From Macrostomum lignano (taxonomy: Eukaryota): a stretch of 64,000 nt of DNA. The notes under the pieces were generated by a model. The model made no database searches. It was given only the letters and a program-made list of their open reading frames with translations, and was not told the DNA's origin. The position numbers and the translations under genes are program-made. Below, in pieces: positions 1 through 28,437 of the stretch. Each line of letters starts with the position of its first letter. Within the stretch, counting starts at the first letter, position 1. The stretch spans positions 558,001 to 622,000 of the forward strand of contig NIVC01000217.1 of the NCBI GenBank assembly GCA_002269645.1, written 5' to 3'.

Positions 1-15730
<15,730 letters not shown>

Positions 15731-16974
15731 GCCTCTGGCGCGGCCACCGAAGCCGCCGTCGCCTTCGAAAGATCGTCTCGCACTAGCCTCTGATGTTTTA
15801 TGTTCGAGCGTCAAGTTTTGGGACTTTACTTGGATTTATTATCTAGTTGACTGGATTCGACAGGGCGCTAATGGCGTTTATGACGTATCAGTCGGTTTTT
15901 TAGGTTTCTCAAATTCATGCTATGGGATAGATTTTCACCTGTTCGATCTATGGGACGCTGGCTATGGGTTGCGCTATGGGCTGCGATTTAAGACAGTTCT
16001 AAACTTAAGATAAAACAGGGAACAGATCTAGCTGAGTTCTGATTGGCTGAAGCTTGTAGCCAATGGGAGCAAGATGAGACTGCAAACGGCAATCTTCAGT
16101 CAATTAAGTTTTTCTAAATTGACGAACTTTTTTAGTATATACAAGAAATTTTCATTTCACATATTTATAGTATTTGTCAGTCCACTAGCTTACCAACCTA
16201 CCGAGTTATTTCTGCTTCTCAATAATTCATCGTTGGATGCTAGCGCAATCTTCATTTCTGCTGCAACTTGAGAGTTATAAATAGAAGATTAAACAAACTC
16301 TTCAGAAATGTTTACTTGGCCTATAGAATGACTGAGGATGCGTTTCTTGGCCAATAGGACTTTTCGTCAAGTCAAATTCAACACGTGGAAGAGAGTTTGT
16401 TCTCTGATCGTGCCAGTTTTGGGCCTCCATATATGGAAATTTCTCCTGATCTATTTGACTTACTAGTGGTGCTTCTTTGTCAATACAGAAGTGCAAGGGA
16501 ACAATTGCTGTTGAAAATGTATATTCATCAGGATCCAGCGGTTTCTCTGAAACTTTGTGTGAAAACGAATTGATATTTGCAAAATTGCAAACATTCAAAT
16601 ACAGGTTGTCAGTTCCATTTTATACAGTTGGAAAAGTGAATCATTTTACGAATGTACGAATGTACGAATCATGTACGAATCAAACCATTGTAGACAGCCT
16701 TACAAATCACAAATGTGAAAGACAGCCTTATAGATTCAGTTCCAATTTCATCAGCCTGTCATGAATCAGTGATATCTCTCATTAAAATATCAGACCTTGA
16801 GATGAGTTTACATTGTGTCTATGAAACTAATTAATTAATTAATTAATGGTTTCTTCAGCTAATGAATTCTGGCTAATTAGTTGAAGATCAAAAAGCGCTT
16901 TTAAGAGAGACTATTGAGCGTTAAAAAATCATATTAGCTCCTATTTACACAACAAAATCCCTTTGTCTGTTCTT

Positions 16975-17180
16975 ATGTGCCAGCGGTCCAGACTCGATTC
17001 CTAGTGTGAAATCTCGGCTTGGCTTACAGGAACAGTGAAGTGTACATGCCTAACGGTTAATATAAAGTCAGGACCGCTGTGCACTCCAGTGTGAGTTTGT
17101 GCCCGTGTGTATGACTGCGTACGTATCCGCACGCTTGTGTGCCTGCTCATCGGAGTCGGCGGAATGGGCATTAATGCCTC
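16975..17180 (+). mobile_element. 5'-truncated copy of tRNA-derived SINE
   Basis: Colinear with 20339-20580 (ATGTGCCAGCGG..CTCGATTCC, CAGTGAAGTGTACATGCCTAA, ACTGCGTACGTATCCGC, GGAGTCGGCGGAATGGGCA); B box kept, A box missing. Confidence 0.7.
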
Positions 17181-18184
17181 TCGCCGGTTGTGTGCCTATG
17201 TCGCTTAAGGTGCGCCAGGGTGCACACAGGCCCCCTGCCTCTAATACAAAGTCTTAAACTTCAAAGCTTATATACCATAGACTAAAATCATAACTTTTCA
17301 TCTCGGATGTTTGGAGTTTTATGTAAGATATCACTGATGCATGTAAGAGCCGCTGGGCTGATAAAGTTGAAACTGAAGCTGTTATATTGTTCATGATTTG
17401 CAGATTTGCTAGGTAAAATTTCCAGTTTACCATTAAAAAAATATGATTGAGTTCTTCCTTACTTGTGAAAGGAAGGAAGAACGCTTGAACAAACGCTTGC
17501 TGTCAAACCCCTCCCACCCCCTGAAACGCTCCTCACAGAAACACTTCAATATTTTATCCTGAAAATATACACGGCTCTAATTATTGATTAGATTCCCGTG
17601 TCTTCTCCGGTATCTGTTCTCTCTTTCATTAAATGGAAGTTAAATAAGCTATCAGATTTTATTTACTTTCAGATTCTCAATATCGTTTGCGGGAATATTA
17701 CAATAGTACACTCACTAGTACTTTTATACCTGAGCACATGCAACCATGATGCTACTGCTGTGAAAATTTGTCGAAGAGAACTTCAATACAGAATCTGTCA
17801 GAATTTATGGGGCAGCAAAAAAGTGCAAGGTTCTGTAATTATCCAGCATCCAGCAGCTTACCTGACGCGCCTGACTGAACAGCGAACTCATCATAACTTC
17901 CCATCTGGCCATGATGAAGGAAGCTGAGCAACTCGGTTGAGCAGTTGGACATTTCAGTTTCTCTGTTGAGCCCTCGAGTTGCACAGTGGTGACCCGGTCG
18001 CGGGTTTCCAGCTGCTGTTGCTGAGAGGCAAAAGCAAGGTTCAAGAATTTTTCGCACTGTAACCATTGATAACTGAAGCAGACAAACGCTACACAAAGTT
18101 CCCAAAATTTCTGGCATCCCTAACCCTAGCCCTAACCAATGATGAGGTGTCAAGGCGTCAAGGCTTATGTCAATGTTGTGGCTC

Positions 18185-19258
18185 ATGGGGGAGTTGCTGA
18201 AGTGCTGTGGCTTATAGGGGTGTTGCTGAAATGCTGTGGCTTATAGGGGTGTTGCTGAAATGCTGTGGCTCATGGGGGAATTGCTGAAATGCTGTGGCTC
18301 ATGGGGGAATTGCTGAAATGCTGTGGCTTATAGGGGTGTTGCTGAAATGCTGTGGCTCATGGGGGAATTGCTGAAATGCTGTGGCTCATGGGGGAATTGC
18401 TGAAATGCTGTGGCTCATGGGGGAATTGCTGAAATGCTGTGGCTCATGGGGGAATTGCTGAAATGCTGTGGCTTATAGGGGTATTGCTGAAATGCTGTGG
18501 CTCATGGGGGAATTGCTGAAATGCTGTGGCTTATAGGGGTATTTCTGAAATGCTGTGGCTTATAGGGGTATTGCTGAAATTCTGTGGCTCATTAAGGAAT
18601 TGCTGAAATGCTGTGGCTCATGTAGGAGTTGCTGAAATGCTGTGGCTCATGGGGGAATTGCTGAAATGCTGTGGCTCATGGGGGAATTGCTGAAATGCTG
18701 TGGCTCATGGGGGAATTGCTGAAATGCTGTGGCTTATAGGGGTATTGCTGAAATGCTGTGGCTCATGGGGGAATTGCTGAAATGCTGTGGCTTATAGGGG
18801 TATTGCTGAAATGCTGTGGCTTATAGGGGTATTGCTGAAATTCTGTGGCTTATAGGGGTATTGCTGAAATGCTGATCTACTGCGCCGTCGGCGACTCCAG
18901 CTCGCAGGCCATCTCATCCGCGCCGAGTCGTACTGCCCACAGCCGGTGCAGGAGGTGCTGCTGCTCACGCTGCAGGCACCCTACCGGCGAGGTCAAGCGC
19001 GAACTCGGCGTTATGTCGACTGTCTGCTGGCTGACGCCGGCGCCCCGGACACTGCCGGTGGCGCGGCCTTTGTTCGCGCCCAAGCCATGAAGCGCGCCCT
19101 GTGACGCTGACTTTTACCATCATGACAGCGTATTTTGTTGTTTTTGTTGTTGAAATGCTGTGGCTTATAGGGGTATTGCTGAAATTCTGTGGCTCATTAA
19201 GGAATTGCTGAAATGCTGTGGCTCATGGGGAGTAGCTGAAATGCTGTGGCTCATGGGG
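18185..19258. repeat. 29-bp minisatellite (GCTGAAATGCTGTGGCTCATGGGGGAATT), interrupted by a 276-bp insert
   Basis: Units at 18185-18874 and 19151-19258. Confidence 0.96.
18875..19150 (+). pseudogene. GC-rich gene 3'-end fragment (ankyrin-like) inserted in satellite
   Basis: With one frameshift reads ..IRAESYCPQPVQEVLLLTLQAPYRRGQARTRRYVDCLLADAGAPD..MKRAL* (TGA 19102-19104), then a T-rich tail; flanked by direct repeat TGAAATGCTG (18865-18874, 19151-19160). Confidence 0.55.
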
Positions 19259-20303
19259 TACTGCTCATAGGGATCGTTCATTTCCCAAAGCTCATAAGGG
19301 ATCTGATATCTTAGGCTGGGTATCTTTTTTTGAGATTAACAATATTGACTGCACAAGATTAAAACCAACATGTAGGTTATTAATTTTTTATTAAGTTTAG
19401 TTTAGCTAGTTTAATACTAGAATTCTTTACCAGGGCTTAATTTATTCTCAAGCTTAGTTTGACAACTTTCCCGGTGTCTCCAACAGTATACCACTTTGTC
19501 TTCTATGCCCCCACCTTACAAAACGTACTTTAAACTTCGCTTAAAGCGGTATAGCTAGGTAAAAAAACTTTGAAGAACTCTTCAAGCCTTGAGCAGGGTT
19601 GAGATTTCTCCAGGCCTTTCTAACGGAGGCTCATTTCCTCCCTTTGCTCAATTCCTGCTCACACCTCAAGCGGTAGGTCGACTCCTGAGCCTGGACCCCC
19701 CCCCTGAGGTTCGAGCTGCCGACCAATCTTTTAACTACACTTGAAATTGAAGTCACGAAAGCCCCAACTTTCAGTTGGCTGGTTGGGTTCTCAAACTGCA
19801 TGACGGTGACTTAAAAAATCCTTTTTTACTGAGTGCCCAGAGCTGTCTCATGCACCCAGCTCTCAAACCTTGTCAAGATTGAACTTTTGCTCAACTTGGT
19901 AACTTTCAAAAAGCATGGACAATGTTTGCAAGATATTACTGACTATGAAACAGTTAGTAGTATTATAAGTAGCGATTCTTCAGCTAATCAACAAATTTTG
20001 CAGTTGCGTGCACAGAACGGGGCACCTAATCAACCGTCTTTAAAGTTGGCAGAAGCAAGAATTTTCGGTTCGTGACAAATTGACTGAGACGGCTGATGGA
20101 TTGGCTGAACCAGCTGGTATCTTAAATGAATAAACTTGTTCGGCTCGTGCTCATCAGTTTCTAGCGTTTTATTTGGCTCGTTTGTGGGGTTTTTGAAACT
20201 CAAAAGAACAGTCGTTAGGCATTAGAAAACTTATGTTAAGCATGACTGTAGACTTGTTGAAGAACATAAGCGAACAACTGCTACACATGAGGGTAGTGTT
20301 GAG

Positions 20304-20590
20304 GGAGCCGTAGTCTAGTGGTGTAGTAAGGCGCTCTGATGTGCCAGCGGCCCAGGCTCGATTCCAAGTGCAGTCAAATTAATTTGGGGCTGAATTGGAA
20401 TCCGGGCTTGGCTCTGCTCGTGCAATTTACGCCCTTGACGGCCAACCCACAAGACACAGTGAAGTGTACATGCCTAATGATAAAGTTAGGGCCGCTGTAC
20501 ACTCCTACAGACTGCGTACGTATCCGCGCGCTTGTGTGCCTGCTCAGGGGAGTCGGCGGAATGGGCAGCAATGCCTGTAAAGACAAGGGC
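20304..20590 (+). mobile_element. tRNA-derived SINE
   Basis: Pol III A box TAGTCTAGTGG (20311-20321) and B-box-like GGCTCGATTCC (20355-20365), no clean cloverleaf, second copy at 16975. Confidence 0.72.
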
Positions 20591-21014
20591 ACAGACACAA
20601 TTGTCTGCGACAAAGACACAATGGTAAGTTTCGACAGTTTTAGCAAAGAAACAACAGAAAATCGAGCATGAAAAGAGAATGGTAAACCATTTTAAACTGA
20701 GAGTTTATACGCCCGAACACTTTTGCCGTAGCAAACATGCAGTGCTTGGATGGTTAATTTTTTTATACTGTTTGGATTTTTTTCCTTAACATTTGAGACA
20801 GGAAATCAGAGTTTTTATGGAAATTCTAAGAGCCTTGAATTTAAGCTAATCAATCGAATGACAGCTAATTCATTAATGAAAGCACTCAAAAAGATTAAAA
20901 CACCTTTGATTGTAGTATGGTTTTAAAATATGGGATTGTACTTGTAGCATTGAGCTCGAAATTAACTCGTAATTTTGAAGTAAATCAGACTGTGAAATTA
21001 TAATAGAAAGGTGA

Positions 21015-21110
21015 GGAGGAGAGGAGAGGAGAGGAGAGGAGAGCAGAGGAGAGCAGAGGAGAGCAGAGGAGAGCAGACGAGAGGAGAGGAGAGGAGAGGA
21101 GAGGAAAGGA
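21015..21110. repeat. (GAGGA/GAGCA)n microsatellite
   Basis: Directly visible. Confidence 0.95.
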
Positions 21111-21689
21111 TAGGAAAGTTGCGAACAGACGTAAGTCGCTACAGATAAAGTGGCACTGATCGAGTCAAGCCGGTGGTTTCCCCTGCAAATGACAGTGGTG
21201 CTCAAGCTGTGAGCACAGATAATCAACTTTGCTCAGCTCTCCGTCTGAGGACTCTGAGAAGATTTGAGAAAGCCTTTAGCCGGGCTCGTCTTGAAATGCA
21301 TGCGAGTAGGTGAATGAGAACAGCAAGGGAATGAAGAGGACGTTGGAGTGGCTTGGAAGACTCAAAAATTCCTAAGTGGAGCGAGCTCAATATGCATGTC
21401 AGAAGTGGATAAACTGCTCGACTCTGCACTCTGGGTTGCCTTGTAGTTGCATCGGTAAATAATATTGATTCTTTGTTAAGAAACTTTAACCCAATATCTC
21501 ATCGACTGAGATCATAGAATCAGTTACTTTTTAATGCCTTTGTAAAGTGTTATTACAAAGCCGCATGGTGCCAATATATCAGTTTAGACCCCACAAGCAA
21601 TGCCATGGGTCTCATCGCGCCCGTGAAATCGAGAACACGGGAACTGCCCGCCGAAAAAATGCTCCTATGAGTTTTAGCTGCTCATCGTC

Positions 21690-21879
21690 ACCAGGAATGC
21701 GTACCGATGCCTGCTTCTAATCGGCCGCCTGAATCTCACGAAAAGCCCTCGTAGATCTGGACGCTGATCATCAACTTCTATCCACATACTGCCGTGCTGC
21801 CCACAGACAACGCACACGATATTTCGTCGACTGCCTGCTGGCTGACTCTGGCGCCAATGTTGATAACCAGTGTTGGTAG
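21690..21879 (+). pseudogene. Second ankyrin-like gene fragment, paralogous to the 18875 insert
   Basis: ..RQRTRYFVDCLLADSGANVDNQCW*; shares GTCGACTGYCTGCTGGCTGACKCYGGCGCC (27/30 nt) with the 18875 insert; LL..GANV resembles the ankyrin consensus; frameshift near 21741. Confidence 0.5.
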
Positions 21880-22904
21880 TTTAACAAACTGACTTACGTG
21901 TCTGTTTGTACTTTCATAGCAATTAAAAGTAGCCAATTTGATTTCTGTAGCATGCTTTGCAATCGCATGCATTCTATAGAACCAATTCGCATCATGATAG
22001 ATGGATTCGAGGCCATCTATCTTCTATACCTTCCATTCTGCCAAGCATGCCAAAATTGATCAAAGATAGTATTCGTGCACCTGCAGTGCTGAATGATTTT
22101 TTCAGTAAGTTCAGAAGCATCAGGCTGACTATAGTAAGCGGCCGCAAGTTATGTTGGATAATCAGTGCAAATGCATCTGTGGAATTCTTTGCACCAGCTC
22201 CCATTTTACTTTCATTAACTTTTCTTCAATATCTTCAATATAATAAAATAAATATTGACTAGAATGTTCTGAGCGGCCTGATGTAAGGCCTTCAGTGACT
22301 TCAGCGTCAAACATGTACACTCTCAGTGCCTTGAAGGTTGGCCCACGAACCAAGGAACCAAACCAACAACCAAGGGTTCGTGGCATGACAACGGCATTTA
22401 TCGCAGAGCTGAGCTGTTCCCCATCCCTGACTATAGTCTCTTCGATATCATATCTGAGGAGCAAGCGAAAAGCCCCAGTCAAAGCGTAGGCTTGGGCTGA
22501 CCGAAAGATGAACTTTATAAGGCTCGGTCGGGCTTTTTTGGTAAGGAACCGCCCGCACGGTGCGTTTCAGGCAATGGCTGGAGAACTTGGGGACCATTGA
22601 TTTATCGCTTCAATTGATCCAGCTCTGCCCGAGCCACGACCCCTTCTTCGCACCATATTCCCTCTCTCCTCCCCCAGTCTCCCTAAATATTCAACCCGAC
22701 GCCTGTCCACTTGCCACCGCCGCCGCTCAAAATTTATTCCTTAGGCAGTTTCTGAGCTGCTGTCAACGCAAGAAAAAATTACTATGCAAGAAATATACGC
22801 TTAGCTAGAGGGCTTTAAAGCATTGGCTATCAAAGATGTGTTCCTTGACTTTATGAATTTAAAGTATTTACCGCTTTTTCCGTGACTCAGAGGTCGCAAT
22901 CCGC

Positions 22905-23090
22905 CTTACCCTCCAATACTCAGAGATCGGAATCCGCTTTTCCCTCAGTGACTCATAGTTCGGAATCCGCTTTTCCCTCCATGACTCAGAGATCGGAATC
23001 CGCTTTTCCCTCAGTGACTCAGAGTTCGGAATCCGCTTTTCCCTCCATGACTCAGATCGGAATCCGCTTTTCCCTCCATGACTCAGAGAT
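22905..23090. repeat. ~33-bp tandem repeat (GAATCCGCTTTTCCCTCAGTGACTCAGAGWTCG)
   Basis: 5-6 units, no unique spacers. Confidence 0.9.
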
Positions 23091-26000
23091 TGTAATACAG
23101 CTCCATGCGTCATGGAATATGAAATACGTTGTTCGCTTTAATAAATATTAATTTAACAAGTTGATTGTCTTAAGAAATAACACAGGATTATCGCGCATGC
23201 ATGCAAAGGAAACAGGAAAACAAAGTAAATCTAACCGATTGTGCAATATTACTCAAAGACTTAGTGGCTACTAAAGACAAAGATTGAATATCTCTTAAAG
23301 CTTTTCTTTCAATCAAATTTGTCCACCAGAGCATAGTAAACGACACGGCGGGTGTCCAGTTGCACCCTGTGCGGAACTACAGGGGGCTCTGAGGACCACG
23401 CCCGGCCGATCAAGGGCATCTAATACTGATCCAGAAAATTCTATCAGTGAAGATAAGAAGGACAAAAAGGCAGATTATAATACACGAGGATGGCCTTCTG
23501 GGTGCAATTACTGTTAGCGGCCTTGAGCTCGCTGGAAACTTCAGGCAAGGGTCGGGGGTAATTCAAGACCGGTAGGGAAGCGGGGGGCAGTTTGAGGATT
23601 CGGCCTAATTCTGTCCTTAATGCGGGTCGGAGAGAGGCGGATGAGAAGAGGATCAATGGTCTGTTTACCTCCCTGCACCGCTGTGTGTCTTTCTTATTTC
23701 TCTCTTCTCTCTTTGGCACCGTCTTGTTTCTCCTATTTTTAACCGATGGCCTAGCTCCTATCATCTATATAGGCGAGAGAAAAAGAACTTCTCGAAAGAA
23801 CGATTGCTTGTCTTTGGCTCCGGCAGGATTATCTGATTCAGAAGGAGACCGAATGAGATTTCTCAAGAATCCTAGACTATAACTGCTGATGGGCAGATAG
23901 GGACGAGATAAAGTGAAAGATGATAGGAAAATAATTATAGGACCTGCTAAGCGGATCGTTAAGAATATGAAAGAGAAGAGAAGGGTTAGGAAGAAGATAC
24001 AATTGGGTAATAGAAGGAGAGGACAAGACAGATTGAAAGGAAGGTGGAGGTAGAGAGATAGAAGGGGAGAGGTAGAGATATAGAGGCGGAGGAGGTAGAG
24101 AGACAAATGGGAGAGAGGTAGAATATAGTGGGACAGAGATGAAAGGGAGCGAATGAGAGAGATAGAGGAGGAGAAAGATTGAGAGGCAAAGAGGGAGATA
24201 GGTATTTGAGGAGAAAGTAAGAACGAGAGAATAAAAAGTTCAGAGAGGGTAGCTGGTAGAGAGGAAAAGTGAGCGAGGGGAGATGAGATTTGGACAAAGC
24301 GGATCAGGTGAAACCGTTGTAATAGCTAAATCCTAAAAATTAATAGTAATAATTTTAGTATATGGGATTTAATAAGCTAGGCTCAATCGCAGTAAAAATG
24401 GCGTTCTTTTATCCAAGAGTTCATCGACTTGTATATCGCAATTTCAATTGAGATCAGCAGACGAAGTTTCAAAAGAACAAATAATAAGCGGCTCAGACTT
24501 GGATATGTTAATTTGATTTGATTATTTGCTATTTTATTAGTTGGGAGAAACGTCGCTTTCTGACAACCGGAACAGGTGCAATTCATTCAATCAAATAATG
24601 TCGGATCGGTAATTAGCAGCAGCTTACCAAAGAGAACGTCGGAGCCCTCTTGTATGAGTCGCGAGTGCGAACCGATGCTAGAAGCTGATACGTTGGCAAG
24701 ATTGTTGTTGCGACGAGTATGAAGATGCAGTTTGACTCATCTGCTATCTTCTAGTTAGCTAAAAATGCTATACCACAGATTCAGGTGGCGATGGGTTGGT
24801 CGTTGCAATGTCAGAGCCAATGATGTCGGTCTGCCCCGATCTGCCACAGGCTCAGCCAATGATCCCTCATTGGTTTCGGGCGATACGGGACAAAGCTCGT
24901 GGCACAGTTTCTGAATGCGACCGCGGATCCGAATCAAGAGCCAGAGTGTGGCAAGGAATTGGAAGATCTATGTTGCTACGCTCATATAGGCGTGGACGTC
25001 CTGCAACGAAGCTGTGGCTGCATTGGCTTTTCAAGACTCGCTTGCAGCCAATAATTGGGATCGAAGGATTGACTGTTTCTTCCTATTGCGACTATAGGCG
25101 ACTATATTGCGACTATTGCACTGGAGGCGCATGGACGAATTGTCTAATGGCGAAAAAGACCATCGGTTGGGCCCAAGTTGTGCCCAATCTACGCGCAAAA
25201 AGTCTTGTGTTCTTTCTTGACTTCTGCTTGAAACGACACAAGCACACACGCACACACACGGAGCGTGGCGAAATAGGGCAGAAGAAAAGAGATAAGGAGA
25301 AAAGACGGGGACCGGGGAGTGAAAGGAGAGTCAGAGAGAGAGTCTGGGCGGGGGGGCAAGCAGTCAGGATGCGTGACCAGAGACCATGGAGAGAGGACAG
25401 TGGCTGAAAGCAAAGCCACTGCAGTGTGTTGCAACTGCAATGAAGACGAATCTGTTGCGCGTGCAAAGGAAATGCAATGAAGGCAGACAGAAGCCCCGGT
25501 AGCTGTGTGATGGAATGGTCTTGGCGGTACAATTACAGAAGAAAAATCGAAAGGCCTCGAAGAACTTTAGGTAGTTAAGTTGAGGTTGGAATTTAACTAT
25601 TATTTTTCTTTCTTTTGTTTTATCGCACGATTTACTGATTTTTTGTTTTTTGTAGCATGACGTTGGATAGCTGTACGCTTGTATGAGATAGAGTGAAAGA
25701 TGAAGCTAAAGAAAAGTACAATAAATCGATTTATGAAAGCTAGAACGAAATAGAATTGAAACAATAGTGGTCGGTAGATCGTACCTAGTAGAAGGGCTCG
25801 TGGAGAGAGGCAGAGAAGGATATAGGACACGACACTCTATCGCCGTGCCCACAGCCGGTGCTGCCTGTAGACAGCTGGAGAAGTGACAATTATAGCGATG
25901 TACTGTACATGCACATATGCACATGTCGGTGGAGGGAGTAAAGATCGGGATGAGAGTTGCCGATATTCAGACACAAATACACATACAGTATATTCAAAGT

Positions 26001-28153
26001 TTTGAAGCAGGCAAAAAAGGCAAAACAAGGCGAAAGGAAAATACAGATTGTAAAGCGCAGTTCATATCATTAAGACTTCTAAAAGCAGCTAGGAATGTCA
26101 GGTGCGAAGCGCTGATTATCAGCGGCTGTTGAAAGCAATTTGTGCATGAATTAGCTGTTGAAACATTCCATACTTTGCCTTTGCCCAACTTTTCCTTCTG
26201 CAGTCTCTTGCGCAATAAATTATGAAAAATGCGCGTGTGTTCCTGCAGTTACAGCCTACCTTGCATTGCAGGGTGGGTCGGTATTGCTTGGGCAACGAAT
26301 GTTGCAGCTTGCAATCAGCATAGCAACAGAAGTACTTACCTTTCATGGCGATGAAATATACAAATAGGAACAAGTATTCGGTGTATCTTTCATGCATAAC
26401 TTAATTGCTGAATGCTTCTCTTTACTCTCTTTTATAATCACCTGTTGGCTGCTTTGTCACCAATTCTCGCCGTAATCTAAAACTTCTTGCAAGAGAAAAT
26501 CATTCGGACTGTAAGCTCTTCTGGATAATAAACGCATTGTATCTTTCAAAAGTGAACTCCTTGCCCAAGAAGCGGCTTGTCAGGAGGCGGAGGCAGATCG
26601 ACAATTCTTCCATGTTGATTGACAACCAAGAGAATCCAACATTTTATGAGAGCATATCTCTAAACAATTCGGAGGGCACTTAAGTTCCCTCCACGCCTGT
26701 CATTCTCCCACTTCTAGAGGTCGATTGAGCACTCAGCTCAAACTTTTCCTTGCTCATATCTCCCTGTTTCTTCTATTTGGACCTCTGTAAACCTTAATGT
26801 GCATGTAAAATGTGCCCAGCATTTCTTAAGAAATAATGCTAAATCTTCCTATTTTATGGTTCATGATTGCAAAAAAAGAAAACTACTTCTTATTCGACGG
26901 CCGTTAGTAGCAAAGAAGGGATTTGCTGGGATTATTATAGCGGTTTGAGGATCAGTCAGAGGCCTTGCATCACGTGCCGTTTGGGATTCTAAAAGGAGAT
27001 GGGGCGACGGTGAGCACAAGCAATACTGTAAGTAAGCACGGGATGTGGAGGGGACAGCGCCAGAAAAACGGGCTAAAACATGGTGAGAAAGACGAGGAAT
27101 GCGAGAAGTACATGATACAAGGGGTGGAGCGCGTGAAAAATGGGGGAGGCAGACGAGGTGCACGAGAAAAGGGGCTCAGCAAAGGCATGTGTGGCTGAGT
27201 GGGAGACGGAACCGAGACAGCAGGGGGATGCAACAGAGCGGGAGTCAGTTGGCCTAGTCAGGGACCCGGCCCAGTCTCTACAGCTCGGTCCGGTAGGTCA
27301 AAGGCGATCTGGGAGATTCGGAGAAATTTCCCTCACCAGATCCCGGGACCGGAGCGTGGTTACATCAGTACCAATTTATGTCTATCGATATATCTACGAA
27401 ATATCTCGTATGACTTGACCACGATGTGTTGTTTAACAAAAATTCAATTGAGAGTCACATTTAGGCGTGTAAGCTCAGAAGATATATAGAATTCTACTAA
27501 CTCAATTCTATTTTTCATCATTTTTACGTCTATCCTGTAATCACCTGTAGAAATTTCATATAAAATCCGATTGCTTGTTTAACAACCGCAATGCAATGCA
27601 TGCTTGACGATCTCATTCAATTGGACGCCGATGAAGTTGAAGCTCCTCAGCTGAGATCAATGAAATGGATCTTATGCAATTGGACAATTACGCCGGTCTG
27701 TTCTAGTGCAAGAAAATTGGTGCTTCGTAAGTTTAGCGAGAGGTTCTGTCAAGCAAGAGCTACCCCTGCGATCCAGCGACAGTCGATATTCAACATCCAG
27801 TCTGGTCTATTCCGCTATCTACTTCGTGTCTGTGGAATCAGTATATCATCGAGGATCAACGTTTCGGAACGGCCAATCTTCAAACCAAAGCCACCGCCGC
27901 CAATGTTCATCAAGTTAGGTGGCTCCGTGAAACCGTTCTGTGCTTTGGAGACAGAGGATTTGGAAAAGCAACGCCGCTACTTTGAAGTGATCCCTTCTGG
28001 ACCGAAATGAACCGAATGGACCGAAATGATCCATTCTTCAACGGGAGGTGTACTACGCGCTTGCTATCCACTTTTGTTCGCAGGCCTATTGACTGAGTTG
28101 AGATTCTGGCTCGCTTTGATTTTTGCTGAAGTATTTTGCTCAGTGTGGTTTGG

Positions 28154-28257
28154 CCATAGACATTTGAAGCGTGCAGCAATGATTGGAGCAACGACATTAA
28201 AAATAATACGTTTCTTGTCAGAGAGTGTCAGAGAGCAAGCGCTTGAAATATCTATGG
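28154..28257. mobile_element. Short inverted-repeat element (CCATAGAC...TCTATGG) inside the Crypton; related copy at 29416-29545
   Basis: TTTGGCCATAGACATTTGAAGCG pairs with CGCTTGAAATATCTATGGTCAAA; the first ~30 nt recur at 29413. Confidence 0.55.
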
Positions 28258-28437
28258 TCAAAAGTGGGTTTTGAAAGTCTTTAAAGCCAGAAGCAGATGT
28301 CCCTATGAGTGCGTGGATCTCTACCTGAAGAAGATCGAAGAAGCAAAGAGCAGAGAAGGGGTGCCAAGCTCTTTGCTGTTCCTACGTCCTAGATTGCGAG
28401 GGCTAGCCGACTCCTGGTATTTCGCTAAGCAGGTACT

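Noticed and set aside
16302-16764. ORFs on both strands upstream of sol-1
   Set aside because: No family signature or consistent exon boundaries.
18120-18137. Telomere-like TAACCCTAGCCCTAACC
   Set aside because: Fewer than three imperfect units.
20135-20165. Possible hammerhead ribozyme core on the minus strand (CTGATGA GC ACGA GC CGAAC)
   Set aside because: It lacks the invariant GAAA and has no stems I/III.
22905-23090. CRISPR-like appearance of 30-33-bp repeats (also 38765-39900, 48560-48785)
   Set aside because: Units are head-to-tail with no unique spacers, there are no cas genes, and the context is eukaryotic.
24390-24900. Frames interrupted by TGA, suggesting an alternative genetic code or selenocysteine
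   Set aside because: TAG and TAA stops occur in the same frames and no SECIS is evident; decay or non-coding sequence is simpler.
25845-25862. 16-nt match TGCCCACAGCCGGTGC with the 18875 insert
   Set aside because: One such match is expected by chance in a 64-kb self-comparison, and it does not extend.
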